Assembly (NCBI GenBank): GCA_964016885.1
Contig: OZ024740.1
Location: 165,602,001-165,666,000, forward strand
DNA: 64,000 nt
Direction of reading: 5' to 3'
Source: Eledone cirrhosa
Lineage: Eukaryota
Position numbers and translations under genes: made by a program. The notes under the pieces were generated by a model. That model ran no database searches. It was given only the letters and a program-made list of their open reading frames with translations, and was not told the DNA's origin. Shown in pieces: positions 56,085 to 64,000 of the stretch (position 1 is its first letter; every line of letters starts with the position of its first letter).

Positions 56085-56300
56085 TGGATTGACAGTATCG
56101 GTAGAGCGTCGGACACCATGCTTCGTGGCATAGAGCTACGTCCATTTATGTTCTGAGTTCAGATCCCACCGAGGTTAGTTTTGCCTTTCATTCTTGCGGG
56201 GTCGATAAAATAAAGAACCAGTAATGCACTGAGGTCGATTTAATCGAATTTCATCCTCACCAAATTGCTGGCCTTGTGCCTATAGTAGAAATCATTATCA
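56085..56300 (+). mobile_element. SINE family 1
   Basis: Full-length copy. Confidence 0.8.
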
Positions 56301-56992
56301 TGGTAATTAAATTTAAACGACGATACTGTAATTAAGTATTTTCTTTAGATTATAGAACAATTAATTCAACAGAATAATTCAATTGAAAACATGTTAATAT
56401 ACTTTTAAAACATACTCAACAGACGATCTTACAAAACTGAGATAAATTGCAGTAAGTTCCGTGTAGCACATAACCCTTAATAAATCTGCAAACTATTTTA
56501 ATATTAAATGAGGAATATTTTCTAAAAGTTGTGGTGCCACCGGGCAAAGCTATAGGAAACGTGCACAATCGTTGAGGATGTTTAATAATAGAGAAATGCT
56601 CCTGAGATGACACTGTATATGCAATATTGAGGCTTACTCTCAATTACATCCCTGAATTCAATTCTTGTTTAATAGTGAATGTGTGTGGCTTCATTACGTT
56701 AGCATACACATAATCAGACGAACTCCTTACCGCAAATAGCTCGGTTCGCTCATTATCTAAAATAGCGTGATATGGTCAGGTTATCTTGACAAAACATACA
56801 CTTCCACCCCCGTCATCTTGTTATATAATAAAAGCCGCTACAAGCATATCATGACAACACTTCCCTACAAATTGCAGCAATAACAATATATGTTTAAAAA
56901 GCAATCACATATTGCTATAACGTTATATCATTTTAGATCTTGTTAATAAAATCCGTGACATAATATGCTTAAATCGATTCATGGAAACAACT

Positions 56993-57178
56993 TGGATTGG
57001 CAGTATCGGTAGAGGGTTTGACGCCATGCTTTCCAGCATAGTTACGTCCCTTTACGATCTGAGTTCAAATCCCGCCGAGGTTGACTTTGCCTTTCATCCT
57101 TACGGGGTCGATAAAATAAAGTACCAGTAATGCACTGGGTAATTGCTGGCCTTGTGCCTAAAGTAGAAACAATTATTA
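56993..57178 (+). mobile_element. SINE family 1
   Basis: Full-length copy. Confidence 0.82.
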
Positions 57179-57737
57179 CGTCAACAGCACCAGACTTCGA
57201 CCTGAATTAATCTCTGATTTCTGAGTGTGTATTATTAGATTTAAAAACAAATTACGACCAAATTATATCATAATACTGCATGAAGAGAAAATTGAGAAAA
57301 ATTCCTTCGTTTAATGAATTTTCTATGAATGTTTATATACATCTAAACATGATAACAACTGTGTTCGAGTTTAAGGATTTTATTAAAGCCTTTGTAGTTG
57401 GCGGCAAACGATGATATGATTCACGTTGTAACTCATAAAATGGCCATCATCTACAAGACGTGACAACGACACACTCATTCAGGTCAGCCAAAAAAGGCCT
57501 TGAAACCTAAATAGACATAAATTATTGTTTCAAACTAAACATTGGTGAAGCATATTTCCTAATATCAACCACAAACTCAATCGTGTTTTTAATCTGTGTT
57601 TGAAAGAATATCCATTCTCTATACACATGCATGTCTGTGTGAGTGTTTGTGTGCCGGTATAATTCCTCTAAGAATTTCATCTCCAGATTTGGTCCTTTTT
57701 GTGACTCATTTATTGTGTCTCTTCTGTTATATATATG

Positions 57738-57939
57738 TTCGGTAGGGCGTCGGTCGGACAACATGCTTTATGGTATAACTATAGCCGTTTAAGTTCTGTT
57801 CAAATCCCGCCTTGGTTAGCTTTGTCTTTCATCCTTATGGGGTCGATAGAATAAAGTGCCAGTAACGTACTGAGTCATTTAATCGACTTTCCCCTTCCCT
57901 TCTAATTGCTGGCCTTGAGTAAAAAAAGAATCATTATTA
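57738..57939 (+). mobile_element. SINE family 1
   Basis: Near full-length copy. Confidence 0.75.
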
Positions 57940-58163
57940 GCCTGGTAATAAATCCATTCCTCAGCTACTTAAGTCACCAGTTGGTATTTATTAAAACCCG
58001 TTCGTCAAAGGTTCTGTGAATTTTGCATTGAGTATTCCTTCCCATTGTGTCTCCACTATATTTTGATTTGGTTTTATTTACTCGATCTTGACTAATAAAA
58101 CAAAATCAAAAGAAAGAGAAGATACAAACGGGTAAAACAATATTTTTTTTATGAAGGTATCTA

Positions 58164-59396
58164 TACAAAGTTTGGCCGAAAAGTTCCTAGGTTGACCAAG
58201 ATTCTCTCATGGAATGTGACCAAATGAGGTTTATTTTTCAACATAGACCCCCTTGCGGTCCATACATTTCTTCCAGCAGTGTTACAGTGCTTGGATCCCA
58301 TTGGCGAAAAAGCTTTCATCCCATTTGTCAAAAGAGAAGAAATGACGTCATCATCACTGTAATACAGGTTCCTAGTCAAGTGTTTTTTTTTATATTCATA
58401 TTGGAGATCAGATGAGAGTCTGATGAGGCGAAATCAAGAGAATATGGGGGGGGGGGTGATAAAGCCACAGTCACATACAGCAGCCATTGACACCAAGGAT
58501 TGCGTGCTGGAGCATTGTCCTGGTGAAATAAGACTACCTTCGTCAGATTTGCTGGGCGTTTGATCTTGACAGCCTTTCGTCTCAGCAAGCTGGCATAGTA
58601 CTTTCCACTGATGGTATGATCCTTTTGAAGATAGTCAACAAACACTATCTTTTGCATCTCCAGAAACTGAGACTATCACCTTCCCTGCAGATGAAACGAT
58701 TTTGGCCTTCTTCGGAGCATGTGGGGACGGGTGTTTCCACTTTGTCTCTTTGTTTCTGGCTCAAAGTGATCAACCCAGCACTCATCTTGGGTTAGGAAAC
58801 GTTCAAGGACACTAGCTGGATCAGACTCAAACATGTTAGATCTTCCTGTGATGTGATCAGCCTGGTGCACATTTGATCATGTGTCAGAACGTGGCACCAA
58901 CCGATCAGAAACCTTCGTCATGCCAAGTTCATTGTGCAGAATATTCTTAACACTCTCACGGGATAGGCTATTTGATCTATTGTCAATCGCTTGCACCCAT
59001 CTCAATATGCTGAACATGATTAATTTGTTTCCTCGGTGGTGGCAGTTGCAGATGTTGGGTCATCTTCAAGACTCTCCCTTTCCCTACAAAATGCAGTTGC
59101 CAACGTTTCACTGTTGATAAAGCTGGAGCGTCATCCTCTATTAGAGCAACCATGTCAACATGAATGTCGTTGGGGGCTGAAGGTACCTGATCACGCCACG
59201 ATGCCGAATGTTGTCCATTTTCAAGAGAAGTCGCTACCAGTTACTTTTAAAGTTTTCTTTGAACACACAAATGACAGATTAGCTGCAATGAAACAATTCA
59301 GTTATTATTATGATTTGAAATTGATGCATGTAAAATTTCACAGCTCTTGCATCACCCCTTAGTAGGCAGCCTATGAAGTTTCAGCCCACCCTAGTA
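58164..59396 (-). mobile_element. Decayed mariner (DD34D) transposon
   Basis: Imperfect ~33-bp TIRs with terminal TA; frameshifted FLTQDECWVDHFEPETKRQS, FHQDNAPA, PPYSLDFASSD. Confidence 0.88.
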
Positions 59397-59570
59397 GATA
59401 GATGTTCTTTCTTTCTACACTTGACCATCTTGTCAACAGGGTGTGTGAGGCAAATGATATCAATATCACATGCACGCTCGTATTACCAGACTAACGTATC
59501 ACAAAGTGGTTGTCACTTGATTCACGCACTTTATGATTATATATATATGCACATATATATATATATACAC

Positions 59571-59623
<53 letters not shown>

Positions 59624-59647
59624 TGATAGAGAGAGGGAGAGAGAGAG

Positions 59648-59802
59648 TCCCGGGGTCAATAGGGGCTAACCACAGTAAGGTACTCAATACATTAGTAGGG
59701 TGTATACAATGTTTACAACACATTTAAAGTCGGCTTTCCAGATCATTTCCTTCGAATGGAACAGCTCTAATCCTGTAGAAGCCGTTTCTATATTAAATTT
59801 GT

Positions 59803-59803
<1 letters not shown>
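59648..59803. mobile_element. Family C tail plus inverted decayed HHR (59736-59773)
   Basis: Tail homology to 52717; CAGATCA t ttc cttc gaa t GGAA cagc TC taatcctgtag. Confidence 0.55.
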
Positions 59804-59898
<95 letters not shown>

Positions 59899-60288
59899 TG
59901 TGTGTATGTGTGTGTGTGTACAGAGAGAGGGGGAGTAGAGTTAAAACAATCGAAGTCAGTGTTGCAGCATATGTACAAACTTTATTTGCATATTAGAATT
60001 GTTTCGATATCGATCAGCTCAGGGTACAATCAAGGTGACGGGGCTCGACTTTCTTTCGACATCTTGTCAGATATGCGAGTTTATATGTGTAAAAACATGC
60101 TGCAACACTGACGTCGGTTCTTTTAAATGTATTTACATTTTGTGCACTACAGCCGCCTAAACTCTGGAATGCAACCCAAACGAGACGGACCTCGTAACAG
60201 CAATTCCTGTAGCTGTAGCTACACACTTAACTAACACACACACATATATATTATATATATTTGAGAGGGAGGGATAGTGAGAGAGAGA

Positions 60289-60356
<68 letters not shown>

Positions 60357-60375
60357 GGGGTGTGGGGGGGGAGTG

Positions 60376-60535
60376 ACTCTTTCATACCTTTACTTGTTTC
60401 AATAAGATTGCGGCATTGCTGAGGCACCACCTTAAAGGGATTTAGTTTACTCTATCGACCCATTACTAATATATTCAAAACTGGTACTTATTTAATCGGT
60501 TATATTTTCGTCGAAACCCTAAGTTACAGGACATA
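60376..60535 (-). mobile_element. SINE family 3 (related core)
   Basis: TTTACTTGTTTCA..TGCGGC..GCACCACC..ATCGACCC..CTGGTACTTATT. Confidence 0.55.
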
Positions 60536-61016
60536 AGCACACACAAGCACACACACACACACACACACACACACAACATACACATACGCATGGACACATG
60601 CACATATTTACATATATATGTATACGTCAGATTACCAAATTTAAGTTACAAGTTTATTGGCCATCAAAACACTATAGTTGAATATTGAACCTAGAACCAA
60701 AGGGTTGTTAATCAAATTGAATATAAATGTTGTAGGCCTATGTAAAGTAAATTGGAGATAATAATAAAACGAAAGAAATGACAAATAATTAAAGGAGAAA
60801 GCCAAAGATAGACTATAAATTAAAGTAAATAAAACGGAAGAGAGGAGAAAAGGGAGCTATTTCTTTTCACTGTGCGTGTGTGAATATTCTCTCTCTCTCT
60901 CTCCTTCTCTCACACACATATACTAACGCTCTCGACTTTCTCGCTTATTCTTTCAAAACGAGTTTAGCATCAGCCGATAACCGCACACACACACTCACAC
61001 ACACTCACACACACTC

Positions 61017-61053
<37 letters not shown>

Positions 61054-61207
61054 TGCACGCACACACACACGCACGCACACACACACACACACACATACAC
61101 ACGCACACACATACACAGTTATCGTTTGAAGTTAAACTCGTCGCTTTAAACGAGTGACTGTGAAAGTGTGAATGTCTCTGTCCGTGCGTGCGCGCATGTG
61201 TGTGTGC

Positions 61208-61267
<60 letters not shown>

Positions 61268-61585
61268 ATGAGGGGCAAAAATGAAAAAATAATGTGGTGG
61301 GAGGGTGAGAAGAATATTGTCGAGTGTAGTAAAGGCTTAATGAAGTTTCACTTTCTGTCAAGTTTAGAGAGAGGCTGTGTTTATATGTATATTTGTGAGT
61401 CTATTGTTTAATCGCAAGTCTTACTCTGCTTGAGCAGTCCTATGTCAAAAGTGTTCCATCCAAGGTGTCTATAGGTATATCTATCTATAAGTAGTACATT
61501 TTCTAATGTAGTGGATGTCAGTCACCTTTATCGTGGAAAGTGTGTGTATAGTGTATATATATAGTGTGTGTGTGTATAGTGTATA

Positions 61586-61678
61586 TAGGGTGCCCCAAAG
61601 AAATGTATACACACTTCAACAGCATTTTAATAAATATTGTCTGTAGAGGCAATCAAAGTGTTTTGGGGTCACCCTGTA
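61586..61678 (+). mobile_element. Tc1/mariner-type MITE
   Basis: AGGGTG..CCCAAA / TTTGGGG..CACCCT ends; same family as 29411. Confidence 0.7.
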
Positions 61679-62367
61679 TATATAAACATATAATACTTTT
61701 CTTTTTTTTAAAGACATCTTATTACGCTTAACCAGAATGTATATATGTACATTTGTACACACACACGCACTTATGGAAACACTGGTAAGGCGATAGGGTG
61801 ATTTCAGGAAGTTTGCTTTCTAAATCTAGCGGGTTGATTGACCATGTAAAGCCTATAATGGAATAGGCCTATGATTAAACATTCCATCCAAGATAATCCC
61901 ATCTCTTTTCCTATGTACATTAACTCCATGAAGATATTAGTCAGTGTATTATCATATTTTAATGACAGTAGGCTGTGGTGTGCTGGAGGTTGGACTGCTA
62001 TTTCTAACAGCTTAAGCGACCACACAGTAAATCCCTTTTTTTTTTACTGATTTGCGTGTGTGTCGTTATCGCCTGCTACAAAAGTAGTCGATAATTTTCA
62101 TCTTTAAAATTAATACAGAGGGAGAGACATGTATATTCATATTAGAGAAAAGAGAAGGAATTGAAGTAGATGGAGGGACATAAATATTGAGAGAAGAGAG
62201 TGAACATGTAGGCAAAAGAAAGTAAGAAGAATCGTATGTTGAGAAGAGTGAAAAGAATAGAAAATATTTAGAATGAATAAAGTTTATCATCTGCTGTTAA
62301 AACATATATTATTTTCATCGCTTAAAGTTTAGAATAAGAGCGAGGGAAAGAAAAAAAGTAGATAAGC

Positions 62368-62402
<35 letters not shown>

Positions 62403-63194
62403 AGTGTGTGTGTGTGTGCAAGCGCGTATGTGTACGTGTGTGTCTCTCTGCTGCTAATTTTCTCAGCATATTAATTTTTCTAAGTATACGATGCAACAAG
62501 AAAACTTCCGTGTGATAGGTTGCTATGTTAGAAAAAGTAGCTAAAATTTCTTTGAAAAATAATCAAATATGCTGTCTTAAAGTGAGAAACGTCACACCTC
62601 TCCAAAGATGGATAACCACGACTGGAATTCTTCTTAGCAAACATTAGCTCAAACAGTGTTGACCTGGGGATGAATAATATCAAATTAATTATTACTAATT
62701 TAGTCATAAGGGCAACAATTTGGAGGACAGGGAAAGTTAACATCGACTTTAGTACGCAACTGGTACTATTTTATCGACCACAAAAGATGTGTATTGTGTA
62801 TATATATATGCGCGGGGAGATGGAAATAGTAAGTTAGGTGCCAGAGCGCACAGTTATTCCACTGTGAGTGAAATATCCCTAGATGTTGTTAGGTCATCAT
62901 TCTAAGAGAAAGAACAGTCTAATGTAAAACCTGCTACTCGATGGCAGCCAAAGATGTTAACTATTTCTTCTTTTTGGATACCTGTCACCGTTGTTAAAAA
63001 GAGTGAGATTGATCCAGAGCAAGGCCTTTCTTCACTTAAAAAAAGCTTCAAACACAGGCATCACTTTATCTAAATGACACCAACGTTTGTTGCGTGTGCG
63101 TAGCCTTTTCTGTCTTCTTTCGCTGCGACATATGCAGAAAGGAATCTAAGTCCTTGGCATGGCTCAAATTTCATGTTACCCATATATGGTGGCT

Positions 63195-63310
63195 TAGTTT
63201 GGATCTAGCTATCGAAACGGCCGGAGCTCAGCCGTCGGGATCCTGACTCTTTTCCTATTACCTACTCTGGTGCGTTATGGTCCCCCTGGTATCTTACCAC
63301 ACACTCTTTG

Positions 63311-63311
<1 letters not shown>
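63195..63311 (+). mobile_element. Family D copy with right arm only
   Basis: GAAACGGCCGGAGCTCAGCCGTCGGG plus tail ending at (TA)n. Confidence 0.65.
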
Positions 63312-63375
<64 letters not shown>

Positions 63376-64000
63376 AAAGGTATATATTGAGTTAGAAACT
63401 CAAAATAATCTCTTACAATTAAATAGGTCGAGGAAAGAGATTATTCCAAGCCGTGATAGATAGAGAGATAAACACAGATATATACATATATGTGTTCAAA
63501 TCGTAAGGGACCAGATTCGCTAGGGTGAAAGAAGACTAACTATGAACAATAGGGTTCAGCAGACTCAATTTAAAAGAATAAATCAAGAAAAGAAATACAA
63601 ACCGATATTGCGGCAACTGCCAGACACCCAGACAGCTTTTGGTAATGCCGTTTCGCAATTTTAGTGAAGGGAATTACCAATTATTTTGCTCATTAGTGGG
63701 TGTATAATTAGTAAACCCTTCACTTCTAGGTATCTCAGAAGACTGAATAGTGTGCGTATATAAAATAACGCACATGGCAGCAGAACCTAGCGTGTCTCAT
63801 AAACGCATACTACTAAAAATAAGCAGGCAAGTTTACTCGACATTTAAATTAGCTCAACAAATTCAAGGAGCCGAATATATCAACTCAAAATAGACTCGTA
63901 CAATTAAATAGCTCAAGGAAAGAATTTTTTCCGGGCCGTTTAATATAATTGAATATAAAAGAGAATCTTGTCCCTTACGATTTGAACACATATATGTATA

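Overview
AT-rich, microsatellite-saturated animal non-coding DNA. The SINE families resemble those I recall from octopod cephalopods (inference, not verified). I found no host protein-coding gene, and nearly all listed ORFs are (TA)n/(CA)n/(CATA)n artefacts. The only long genuine ORF is a 5'-truncated RTE-clade LINE reverse transcriptase (16763-18457) with a ~70-bp target-site duplication. There are also decayed RTE, R4/Dong-like, mariner, hAT and Helitron-like elements, MITEs and many SINEs. The main discovery is a dense population of short non-coding elements sitting inside (TA)n tracts. They carry minimal type I hammerhead ribozyme (HHR) motifs with palindromic stem III and occur as tandem units and fold-back palindromes. 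The HHRs show covariation, including C3-G8 to U3-A8 in the catalytic core. Several otherwise dissimilar families share a YATYRAGTRC motif 42-46 nt from the (TA)n junction. A decayed GIY-YIG remnant followed by an HHR-like motif points to Penelope-like elements (PLEs) as the source. The whole looks like a microsatellite-targeted, retrozyme-like or non-autonomous PLE system.
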